From Burkholderiales bacterium (GTDB taxonomy: Bacteria; Pseudomonadota; Gammaproteobacteria; Burkholderiales; JBDZVW01): a stretch of DNA of 64,000 bases. Shown piece by piece: positions 50,078-58,417 of the stretch. The stretch lies in the NCBI GenBank assembly GCA_035700525.1, contig DASSON010000073.1, positions 2,266 to 66,265 on the forward strand. Direction: 5' to 3'. Position 1 is the first letter of the stretch. Each line of letters starts with the position of its first letter. The notes beneath the pieces are model-generated. The model searched no databases. It worked only from the letters and a program-made list of their open reading frames with translations, and was not told the origin of the DNA. The position numbers were made by a program, and so were the translations under genes.

Positions 50078-51835
50078 CTACTGTCCGCCGACGTTGACGA
50101 TTCCGACCATGCCCGCACCGAAGTGACCCGGTTCGTGGCAACCATATCCGATTTTCATCGGCTTGTCCGGAAATCGCCAGGTGATGGATTTCGTTGCGCC
50201 CGGCGCGATGCTGATGCCGTTCGCATCATCGTGCATCGCCATGCCGGGCATTTTCTTCATCATTGCCTGCATCTCGGCTTCGTGTTCTTTCTGCTCCGTG
50301 GCGTCGCCGATCACGAATTCATGCCTGATCCTGCCGGTATTGGTCACTTCGAACCGGACGACTTCCCCGGGTTTGACCGTGATCGCAGCCGGACTGAAAC
50401 GCATGGCATCCTGTGCTTTTATCCTCACCACCCGATCATGCGCGCCTGGAACTGCAGGACTTCCAAAACTGAACTGCGATCCATGTTGATGCCCGATGCC
50501 GCCCATGTCGTGTCCGGAATCATGAGCAGCCTTCGCCCCCGCCGCGCCAAGCGCCGACAGATATGCCACGGTCCCCTTCGGATGCTTGTACCATCCGGGA
50601 TCACGATAATCGCCAGGCGCAAGATTTTCGCGAACCTTCACCATCGTAAACATTCCGCCCATCTCGATCGAGCCAAACGGCCCCTTGCCGGTCATCATCG
50701 GCAGCGTGTTCTCGGGAAGTGGCATGCCCATCTGCGCCATTTCCGCCATGTCAGCCATGCCGTTCTGTCCCATCAGCATGTAGTCGGGCAGCAATGACTG
50801 GATTTTCTTTTCCGTGTCCTTCATGTCCACCCCGATCATATTCGGGATGCCGTGGCCCATCGAATTCATCGTATGGTGAGAGCGATGGCAATGAAACGCC
50901 CAATCCCCTGGATTGTCGGCGATGAACTCGATGACCTGCACACTCCCCACCGGCACGTTCCAGGTTGTCGCCGGCCATTGCGCGGACTCGGGGAACCAGC
51001 CACCGTCGTTGCCGGTGATCCTGAACGAGTGCCCGTGCAGATGCATCGGGTGGCTGTCCATGCTCAGGTTGCCGATACGGATGCGTACCCGCTCGCCCAG
51101 CCGCACCGGCAGCGGCGCGGTGCCGGGAAACACCCGACTATTCAAGGTAAAGATGTTGAAGTCGGTCATCACGCTGGGATCGGGGCGCGCGGTGCCGGGA
51201 TGGATCGCCCACTCATGCAGCATGATGCAGTAGTCGCGGTCGATCTTCGGCCCCAGCGGCTCCCTGGGATGCGCGATGAAAAAGCCCATCATACCCATCG
51301 CCATCTGCACCATTTCATCCGAATGCGGGTGATACATGAAGCTTCCGTGCTGCTTCATGGTGAACTCGTAGACGAAAGTCTTGCCCGGCGGGATGTGCGG
51401 CTGGGTCAGTCCGCCCACGCCGTCCATGCCGTTGGGAACGAAGATGCCATGCCAGTGCACTGTGGTGTGTTCCGGCAGCTTATTCGTCACCAGGATACGT
51501 ACCCGGTCGCCCTCCACCACCTCGATCGTCGGCCCCGGCGTCTGGCCGTTGTAGCCCCAGCAATTGACCATCATGCCCGGCGCGAATTCGCGCTTCACCG
51601 GCTCGGCAATCAGGTGAAACTGTTTTACGCCATTCACCATTTTCCATGACAGCGTACGGCCATTTGGTGTCACCACCGAAAGGTACTCACCGTTTCCGGC
51701 CGCAGGTGGCCGCGTCGCGGCAGCTTTCGCATACGGTGCCGCCTCTTTCGCGGACACATGCTGCGCCCTCAATAAACCGGTCGAACCCGCCAGCGCAGCC
51801 AGGCTCGACAACAACATTTCGCGTCTGGTCACCAT
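50078..51835 (-). CDS. Tat-exported multicopper oxidase fused to a C-terminal cupredoxin (CopI-like) domain
   Basis: Twin-arginine signal MVTRREMLLSSLAALAG. MCO motifs HWHG, HPMHLHGH, HCHRSHH. The C-terminal ~120 aa carry type-1 Cu ligands (RHEF...GCHEPGHFGAGM) and a Met/His loop EHEAEMQAMMKKMPGMAMHDD. Confidence 0.9.
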   Translation of the reverse strand: MVTRREMLLSSLAALAGSTGLLRAQHVSAKEAAPYAKAAATRPPAAGNGEYLSVVTPNGRTLSWKMVNGVKQFHLIAEPVKREFAPGMMVNCWGYNGQTPGPTIEVVEGDRVRILVTNKLPEHTTVHWHGIFVPNGMDGVGGLTQPHIPPGKTFVYEFTMKQHGSFMYHPHSDEMVQMAMGMMGFFIAHPREPLGPKIDRDYCIMLHEWAIHPGTARPDPSVMTDFNIFTLNSRVFPGTAPLPVRLGERVRIRIGNLSMDSHPMHLHGHSFRITGNDGGWFPESAQWPATTWNVPVGSVQVIEFIADNPGDWAFHCHRSHHTMNSMGHGIPNMIGVDMKDTEKKIQSLLPDYMLMGQNGMADMAEMAQMGMPLPENTLPMMTGKGPFGSIEMGGMFTMVKVRENLAPGDYRDPGWYKHPKGTVAYLSALGAAGAKAAHDSGHDMGGIGHQHGSQFSFGSPAVPGAHDRVVRIKAQDAMRFSPAAITVKPGEVVRFEVTNTGRIRHEFVIGDATEQKEHEAEMQAMMKKMPGMAMHDDANGISIAPGATKSITWRFPDKPMKIGYGCHEPGHFGAGMVGIVNVGGQ

Positions 51836-51836
51836 G

Positions 51837-53321
51837 TCAGTGCCCTCCATGCCGATGTTCGGATGCTCCTGCCGACCGCGGCTGCGGCTGGGGCCGTGGC
51901 GAAGCTTCGGGTTGTGTCGCCGCCGGCGGCACTTCTGCCTTTACCGGAAGCGGGCCGCCGATTGCCTGCTCCAGCGACGCATGTGCCAGCCAATAATCGC
52001 GCAGTGCACCGATGTAGCCGCGTCCCGCGTCGATTTCGGCCTGCTTAGTGCGCAGCAGCTCGTAGACTCCGACCAGCATGCCGTTGTAATAGCGGTAGGA
52101 AAGTTTCACCAGTTTCTGGTTGAGCGGCAGGATCGCGTGACGGTAGTGCCGCACGGTCTGCTCGTCGATCAGAAGTTTTGCTCGCGCTTCACGTACCTGG
52201 GAGCGGATGTCTACAGCCAATGCGTCGCGCTCCTTCTCCTGTTGGCGCAGCAGCGCTTCCAGCCGCGCGATGCGCGCCTGTCCCTGGTCGAAGATCGGTA
52301 ACCCGATCGACAAGTCAGGACCGGTGACTGTCGCGCCTTCGGCATCGCGCTCACGGCTCACACCCACCGCCACGTCGCCCACGTAACGGTAGTCGCGCGT
52401 GTAGCCGAGTGCGTAACGCAATGTCTCGACCGACTTGCCCATCGCAGCGAGATCAAGGCGATTATCGATGGCATAGTCTTCAAGACTCCCCGGATCGGGC
52501 AACGCCGCCGGCACGTCCGGTAGCCGCATGGGCAGTGAGTACTGTATGTCCTTGCCCCACAACCCCATGATGCGAGTAAGCGCTTCGCGATCGCGCTCCA
52601 ATTGCTCCCGGGCCCGCACCACATCGAGGGCGGCCTGCGCGTAGAACGCCTGCTCGCGCGTCTGGTCCAGCCGGCTGATGTTGCCCGCCTGGAACTGCCG
52701 CACCGCGATTTCCGCCGTCGCCTCCGCGGCCTTGGCCGCGGTCCGATTCATCTCCACCAATTGCGCATCGGACACGGCGGTGTAGTAGGCGGATTTCACC
52801 TCGGCGGCAAGCTTGAGCACGGCATGGGCAGTCTGCAGTTTAGTCTGATCGAAGTTGCCCTGCTCGACCTTCATGCGCGGCGTGCGCGTGAGAACGCCGA
52901 AAAAATCCTGTACCACGCCGAACTCACGCCCGGTGCCACCGCCACCCGTGCGCACCTGGGCACTGAACACCGGATTCGCGAGCAGACCCGACTGCACCAG
53001 ATCGGCCTGCGAGACGCCCAGCTCTTCATACTTCGCCTGCAGCACGGCGTTTCGCAGCAGCGCGATCTGCACTGCGCTGTCTACGCTCAGCGGCTGCGCG
53101 AGCAGCCTCCCGACCGCCGCCTGCGCCGCCTGATCGTCAGCCGTGTTGCGGTTCCACTGCACTTTCTGCGGCAGGCGTGAAGCCACCGCTTGCCGCACGT
53201 CCGAAAAACCGGCATCTTTCGGCACTACGGTGGTGCAGCCGCCGAGCGCTGTCGCGGCCAGAATGATTGTGCTGGCAGCTCTGATCGAAGACCGGACACG
53301 CGGCTTTCGGTTGTTGGCCAT
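51837..53321 (-). CDS. TolC/NodT-family outer-membrane lipoprotein (no RND or MFP partner in the operon)
   Basis: Lipobox ALGG-C, two TolC repeats, Pro-rich His-ended tail. The stop is 1 nt from the oxidase ATG. Start trimmed to the ATG at 53321 (RBS GGGGAAA). Confidence 0.85.
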   Translation of the reverse strand: MANNRKPRVRSSIRAASTIILAATALGGCTTVVPKDAGFSDVRQAVASRLPQKVQWNRNTADDQAAQAAVGRLLAQPLSVDSAVQIALLRNAVLQAKYEELGVSQADLVQSGLLANPVFSAQVRTGGGGTGREFGVVQDFFGVLTRTPRMKVEQGNFDQTKLQTAHAVLKLAAEVKSAYYTAVSDAQLVEMNRTAAKAAEATAEIAVRQFQAGNISRLDQTREQAFYAQAALDVVRAREQLERDREALTRIMGLWGKDIQYSLPMRLPDVPAALPDPGSLEDYAIDNRLDLAAMGKSVETLRYALGYTRDYRYVGDVAVGVSRERDAEGATVTGPDLSIGLPIFDQGQARIARLEALLRQQEKERDALAVDIRSQVREARAKLLIDEQTVRHYRHAILPLNQKLVKLSYRYYNGMLVGVYELLRTKQAEIDAGRGYIGALRDYWLAHASLEQAIGGPLPVKAEVPPAATQPEASPRPQPQPRSAGASEHRHGGH

Positions 53322-53333
53322 GATTTTCCCCAC

Positions 53334-53708
53334 TTAATGCTGCATGTGCTGCATCTGACCGTGGCCCACGTCCGGCATATTCTCCATCCCCGGCATGTTT
53401 TTCATGTCGCCCCGTTTCGATTTGTTCGAGCTGGCCGGCTTACCTTCCATGCTCTTCATATCGCCCATGCCTGGCATGTTGTGCATGCCTTGCATTCGAT
53501 GATCTCCGGAAGTCGCATTGCTTCGGGAATTGGCCATCGCGCCGGAATCGGCAACGAAATTCCGATAATCGGAAAACACATCCGAATAGGAAGCGGCCGG
53601 TGCAACCGGCGCGTTGGGATCGGCCGGGCTTTCCGCCGCCGATAAAGCGGCCTGCGTGGCCATCGCGCACGCCAGCGTCGCGCCAACGGCAATGTGCTTG
53701 CATTTCAT
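53334..53708 (-). CDS. secreted Met/His-rich protein
   Basis: Signal peptide. The last ~55 residues contain 12 Met in M-x-x-M/H spacing (HRMQGMHNMPGMGDMKSMEG...GDMKNMPGMENMPDVGHGQMQHMQH). Confidence 0.65.
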   Translation of the reverse strand: MKCKHIAVGATLACAMATQAALSAAESPADPNAPVAPAASYSDVFSDYRNFVADSGAMANSRSNATSGDHRMQGMHNMPGMGDMKSMEGKPASSNKSKRGDMKNMPGMENMPDVGHGQMQHMQH

Positions 53709-53841
53709 TGTTCAATCCTCGTCTCAAGAACCGGCGCGCGCATTGCGGTTACCGGTTGATATCCGGAATTCGGCCTGCACCGGGAAACGCATTCAGCCGG
53801 CCGAAACCCGGCTCTCCGGAACCGCAAGGGTCCCGGCAAAA

Positions 53842-54207
53842 TCAGGCGAGGAAAGCTACCGGAGGCCGGTAGAAAGAAGCAGAAATGAAAGAAACGAAGG
53901 AAACTTCGAAGTCCGGCAGCATGACAGGATGGTAATCCGTGTCTCGCGCCACTGTCGGTGTATTCGGCACATAGGCCGCAGTGCAGACCGCGCAAAGGTT
54001 GCACAGTGCACACTCCTGGCTTTGCGTCCCGGTATGATGCGCGCCGTGTTTCGTGTGCGAAACCGAAGCATGCGTCACACCATCCGTGGGCACCATCGAT
54101 GATGCTTCGTGCGGACACGCCACGCCGGCGGCCATCGCTGCGCCTTGTAGCGGCAGCAAGAATGCAACAGCCAGCAGGATGGCCAAACGTAGGCCGTAGC
54201 TACGCAT
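53842..54207 (-). CDS. secreted Cys/His-rich protein, CzcI/CopL-like (paralog 2)
   Basis: Signal peptide, His cluster HTKHGAHH, CALCNLCAVC, C-terminal ...FYRPPVAFLA. Same layout as 55577..55939. Confidence 0.55.
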   Translation of the reverse strand: MRSYGLRLAILLAVAFLLPLQGAAMAAGVACPHEASSMVPTDGVTHASVSHTKHGAHHTGTQSQECALCNLCAVCTAAYVPNTPTVARDTDYHPVMLPDFEVSFVSFISASFYRPPVAFLA

Positions 54208-54410
54208 GGAGCGGCATGTTACGTCCACGTATCCGGACCGTCAAGACAAGGAACGTCTTGATGCAGCAGCGTATCAACGGATGCGCCGACTGCGGTCAAT
54301 GGGGCTCCCATGCCGACCACCCGTAAATAATGCGAGCGCGTCCAGTACACCATCATCCGTCTGCCCGATATAAAGCAGCCTGGCCGCAACAATGTTCACT
54401 CATTGGTCCT

Positions 54411-54896
54411 TTATGCCTTGGGCGCCCACTTGGCGTCCACCGCAGATTGTATCCTGGCAGCGTCGGTTACACCCTTTTGAACCAGGGTGTAGGCGATCTC
54501 GGCCGTGCCGCGACAGACCTCACAATTCACCGCCATTTCGTCTTCAAAGCATTGCAGGTTGGAACGATGGGCACCACGATTCTCGCAGCCACACCAGCAA
54601 TAAAGCTGATTGAGCGTTGCCGGAATCTGCGTCGCCACCCAGTAGGCATGCCGGACTTCGGGTCGGCTGAACCGGTTCGGATTCAATACACGGGAGGCAT
54701 CCGAGCGGCCGCCCGGAATGATGCGCAACCCGTCGGAACGCAGCATGCCAACCTTCCATTCCGAAGCCTGCACACTTTGCGCGTTTGCGCGCACGGTTAT
54801 TCCAAGTCCTACCGCGCCCGCGGCCAGCACTGTACTCGCGAGCGCAGAACGCAGAAGTCTGCGACGCTTCGGATCGGGCAATTGAAAACGTTTCAT
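54411..54896 (-). CDS. PCYCGC-motif family protein with a Tat-type signal
   Basis: MKRFQLPDPKRRRLLRSALA signal. YCWCGCENRG...CFEDEMAVNCEVC cysteine pattern. Start trimmed to the ATG at 54896. Confidence 0.7.
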   Translation of the reverse strand: MKRFQLPDPKRRRLLRSALASTVLAAGAVGLGITVRANAQSVQASEWKVGMLRSDGLRIIPGGRSDASRVLNPNRFSRPEVRHAYWVATQIPATLNQLYCWCGCENRGAHRSNLQCFEDEMAVNCEVCRGTAEIAYTLVQKGVTDAARIQSAVDAKWAPKA

Positions 54897-54986
54897 ATAC
54901 GTCCCCATTATTGATATCACGCTAAAAATAACCGCACGCCACGGCGAAAATACCGATCGCCGCGGCATGCGGCCACACTGCGGACT

Positions 54987-55373
54987 TTATTTCGACTGCT
55001 GCGGCTTTATCTTGTCGGCGTATTTGACGAGGATTTTACCCATCGCCTCCATCATCTCGCCGTGCATCCGCATCGCGAGCGCTTCGTCCCCGGTAGGGAA
55101 GCGGCCCATCATTGGACACCCGCCGCCCATCATCCCCATCATTCCACCCATCATGCCGCGGCCCATCATCCCGTTACCCATCATGCCGTTACCCATCATG
55201 CCGTTACCCATATTGCCCATCATTTGGGCGTTCATTCCCGGCATGGCTTTCGTGCCTTGCTCACTCTGCGGATGATGATGCGTGGATGCCTCACCTTCCG
55301 CCGCAAGGCTCCATCCGCTTGTTCCGACAAGAACCGCAGCAAGCAATACCGGGTACAGTTTTTTCGCGTTCAT
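54987..55373 (-). CDS. secreted Met/Gly-rich protein with GNGMM repeats
   Basis: Strong RBS AAGGAG and a signal peptide. 25 Met in 128 aa by my count, in MPGMNAQMMGNMGNGMMGNGMMGNGMMGRGMMGGMMGMMGGGCPMMG. Confidence 0.7.
   Translation of the reverse strand: MNAKKLYPVLLAAVLVGTSGWSLAAEGEASTHHHPQSEQGTKAMPGMNAQMMGNMGNGMMGNGMMGNGMMGRGMMGGMMGMMGGGCPMMGRFPTGDEALAMRMHGEMMEAMGKILVKYADKIKPQQSK
55162..55210. repeat. 15-bp tandem repeat inside the Met/Gly-rich gene
   Basis: cccatcatcccgtta / cccatcatgccgtta / cccatcatgccgtta, then a degenerate fourth unit. It encodes the GNGMM units. Confidence 0.8.
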
Positions 55374-55576
55374 ATCAATCTCCTTGAATCAGATTACCAG
55401 GCTCGATCCAGCGACCTCTGGACAACGCCACAGGAAGATGACGCCGCCTGTCATACCTCGAACAATAGGACAGCACACGCCCTTGTTTGCGCCAGATGTT
55501 CGGTGAAATTTGGTAAAGTAGCGCCCGCAGCGGGCTGCGCACGATCAGACCGCCAAATGGCGTCCATGAAAGAGGA

Positions 55577-55939
55577 TTACGCGACGAGCGGAGGCCGTTG
55601 CAACTGTTCCGGAATGAACAGCGACATGCGATGATCAACCAACGAGTGGTATACGGCAGAAAACTCCAACAGGGGCGGCAACGATGCCGGGGCCGGGATC
55701 GCTGCTCCGGTACAGGAAAGGCTGCATGCTCCGCCGTGGCAAGCAGGCGACATCGGCGCCGTCCGGCCACTGCAATCGGAGTGATCGCCGACCTGGTCAC
55801 ATGGGACGGCTCGTACCCCGTCGGCCATTGCCGCCGTCCGGGACGACTGCGCATGACATGGCATCGCCGTCGCGGCAAAACCGGCAACCGGCGGCCATGC
55901 GATCAGGACCAGCATCACCAGATGAATGACGAACTTCAC
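55577..55939 (-). CDS. secreted Cys/His-rich protein, CzcI/CopL-like (paralog 1)
   Basis: GTG start, signal peptide MKFVIHLVMLVLIAWPPVAGFA, seven Cys (PCHA, PCDQ, DCSG, ACHGGACSLSC), C-terminal ...EQLQRPPLVA. TATAAT (55954-55949) lies only ~10 nt upstream of the start. Confidence 0.55.
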   Translation of the reverse strand: MKFVIHLVMLVLIAWPPVAGFAATAMPCHAQSSRTAAMADGVRAVPCDQVGDHSDCSGRTAPMSPACHGGACSLSCTGAAIPAPASLPPLLEFSAVYHSLVDHRMSLFIPEQLQRPPLVA

Positions 55940-56147
55940 GGCGCAATCATTATAGCAACTTCGGCTGCTGCCAAATCAATCCACCGCAACTGCGCGGCGG
56001 ATGCGATTCGACATCCACTGCGCATTACGATCGCCCGCTGCGCCGCGCCGAGGGACGCGGCGCAGCGACAATCGGGACTCGGCATGCCGGACACCAGGCC
56101 ACCCGCCACCAGCATGGCTGGCGAGTGCGATCAGCGGGGGCTGTGAC

Positions 56148-56993
56148 ATGACCAGGCAGATTTTTCAGCTTTACCCCTCGCAAACCGAAGGGCTGCCGCT
56201 GGAAGGGATGTACCTCGAGAGCCGACTGCACCAACTGGGCAGCAGCGAAACGCCTTTCGTCTATGGAAATTTCATTTCCAGTCTCGACGGGCGCATTGCA
56301 TTGATGGACACCGCCGGCGCTACCGGCTACCTGCCCGACGAACTCGGCAACCCCGACGATTTCCGGCTCTTTCTCGAACTGGAAGCACAGGCTGATTGCC
56401 TGATCACGCACGGAGGATATCTGCGGGCCATCGCTGCGGGGCGCCTCGACGACATTCTCCAGGTAGGCACCACGAAAGAAACGCGCGACCTCGCAGCGTG
56501 GCGCCGCACACAAGGCTTGAGCGAGCAGCCCGCAGTCGTGATCGCCAGCGCGAGCCTCGACTTTGTTGTGCCGGAATCGGTTGAGAGGCATCGCCAGAAG
56601 GTGTACATCGCCACCGGAAACGAAGCGGACCCGGTTCGAGTACGGCATTTCGAGCGAAAGGGTTATGAGATCATCCGGGCCGGGCACGACAGGATGGTCG
56701 AGGGAGGCCCTCTGGTGCGTGCCGTGGGAAGGCTCGGATACAAAAGCCTTTACCTCCTTACCGGCCCCCGCATGCTGCAGACCATGCTGCACGATCGGGT
56801 GCTGTCACGGCTCTATGTCACGATCGTGCATCACGTCATCGGCGGAGAAGCGTTTCACACGCTCACGCTGGGACCACAACTGCGGCAGGCGGGCCGCCTG
56901 CATCTGCGCTCGCTCTACCACGATCCGGCTTCTGAATCACACGCCGGCCAGTGGTTCGCGCAGTTCGAACCCGCGGTGCCACGCGATCCCTGA
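56148..56993 (+). CDS. RibD C-terminal-domain (dihydrofolate reductase-like) family protein
   Basis: NFISSLDGRIAL...DFRLFLELEAQADCLITHGGYLR...GGPLV pattern. Start trimmed to the ATG at 56148. Confidence 0.65.
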   Translation: MTRQIFQLYPSQTEGLPLEGMYLESRLHQLGSSETPFVYGNFISSLDGRIALMDTAGATGYLPDELGNPDDFRLFLELEAQADCLITHGGYLRAIAAGRLDDILQVGTTKETRDLAAWRRTQGLSEQPAVVIASASLDFVVPESVERHRQKVYIATGNEADPVRVRHFERKGYEIIRAGHDRMVEGGPLVRAVGRLGYKSLYLLTGPRMLQTMLHDRVLSRLYVTIVHHVIGGEAFHTLTLGPQLRQAGRLHLRSLYHDPASESHAGQWFAQFEPAVPRDP

Positions 56994-57007
56994 GCAATGC
57001 GGTCCGG

Positions 57008-58258
57008 CTAGCCACTCTTTGAGGTGATCCTCGCGGAGGGTGCTGGCGTAACCGGCGAATCTTCTTCCGGCGGGCGTACCTTCCTGAACATGGCGAGCAA
57101 CAGCAGATCGTAGACACCTTTCACAACGCCGGCCGCCACCAGCGGCCATCCGAACGTGGAGACGCCAAGGAGGTACCCGGACAGGAATGGACTGGCGGCC
57201 GCAGCCAGGCTGCGCGGAACGGAGGTAATGCTCGCCGCGGCGGGGCGCTCGGCCGGCGACACGATCGCCATCACGTAAGAGCTTCGAGTCGGCACATCCA
57301 TCTGTGACAGCGCGCTTCGGACGAACAGCAGTGCGACCGCCCCAATCACGTTGGGCATGAACGGGATCAATATCAGGCAAAAATTTGAAGGCAGATGCGT
57401 GAACACCATCGTGTTCACCAATCCAATTCGATTGGCAATACGCACCGCGACGAGATAAGAAAACGCGGCGAGCAACCCGGTCCAGAAAAAAATGCCGCCT
57501 GCCGCAGCCGACGATATGCCAAAGCGCTGATACAGCCACAGCGCCAGCATCGATTGCACGATCAAGCCGCCGCCGAACGCGTCAAGACTGAAAAGGGCGG
57601 CGAGCATGTAAACCATCTTCTTCGATTTCTCCAGCGGCGCCCTCGGTTGTTGCGCATCCGCACCCAGCGTTGCCGGCAGGCCGCGGTAGACAAAAGCCGC
57701 CATGCACGCAAGCAACGCGTACAGTATGAACATCCACCGAATCATCGCTATCGTCGACAAACCCGTGACCGGCACCAGTATCGTGGGCAATGCTGCGGCA
57801 AGAGCCCCCAGCGCAGCGACCAGGGAACCCACCAGGCTGTAATTCGCGAACGTCGCCGTGCGCTTCCTGTCATCCACGACGCGGGAAAGTGTGGCGTGCT
57901 CCAGCGGCAGGAAAACACTGACGTCACCGCTGGACGGATTCAGTGTTCCGACCAGCGCAATCGCAAGCAAGGGCCAGAAGTCGTTCAGAAACGCAAACCC
58001 AAGCCCCGTGCAGGCCATCAGTATCGCGGCCCCGACCAGCAATGCACGATAGTGATAACGATACGCGTAAAGCCCCACCCCAAGTGTCAGCAGACCTGAG
58101 CCGGACAGTGTGGCAGTGGCAATGATGCCGACCTGGAGCGGGCTGAATCCGAGTTTGAGCAGATACAGCGGAAGCAGCAGACTGATGTAGCCGTCTCCGA
58201 AGGCGCGCAGCCCTCTCGCGGCCAGCAGACGAACGACGTGGGGAGAGTTCACGTTCAC
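57008..58258 (-). CDS. MFS transporter
   Basis: 416 aa, 12 predicted helices, N-terminal LRAFGDGYISLLLPLYL motif. Confidence 0.85.
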   Translation of the reverse strand: MNVNSPHVVRLLAARGLRAFGDGYISLLLPLYLLKLGFSPLQVGIIATATLSGSGLLTLGVGLYAYRYHYRALLVGAAILMACTGLGFAFLNDFWPLLAIALVGTLNPSSGDVSVFLPLEHATLSRVVDDRKRTATFANYSLVGSLVAALGALAAALPTILVPVTGLSTIAMIRWMFILYALLACMAAFVYRGLPATLGADAQQPRAPLEKSKKMVYMLAALFSLDAFGGGLIVQSMLALWLYQRFGISSAAAGGIFFWTGLLAAFSYLVAVRIANRIGLVNTMVFTHLPSNFCLILIPFMPNVIGAVALLFVRSALSQMDVPTRSSYVMAIVSPAERPAAASITSVPRSLAAAASPFLSGYLLGVSTFGWPLVAAGVVKGVYDLLLLAMFRKVRPPEEDSPVTPAPSARITSKSG

Positions 58259-58417
58259 AGCGACCCCATCACCCGTTCACCGGACTCCGCGCAGCAATCA
58301 CAATTACGCACGGCACGAGTCATGTTCGTGGGCTTTGCAGGCAATTCATTATTTCGAAGAAACGCTGAATTCTTCAAAGGGAATCAGGCGAGACACGGAC
58401 TTTACATCTACCGGCGT

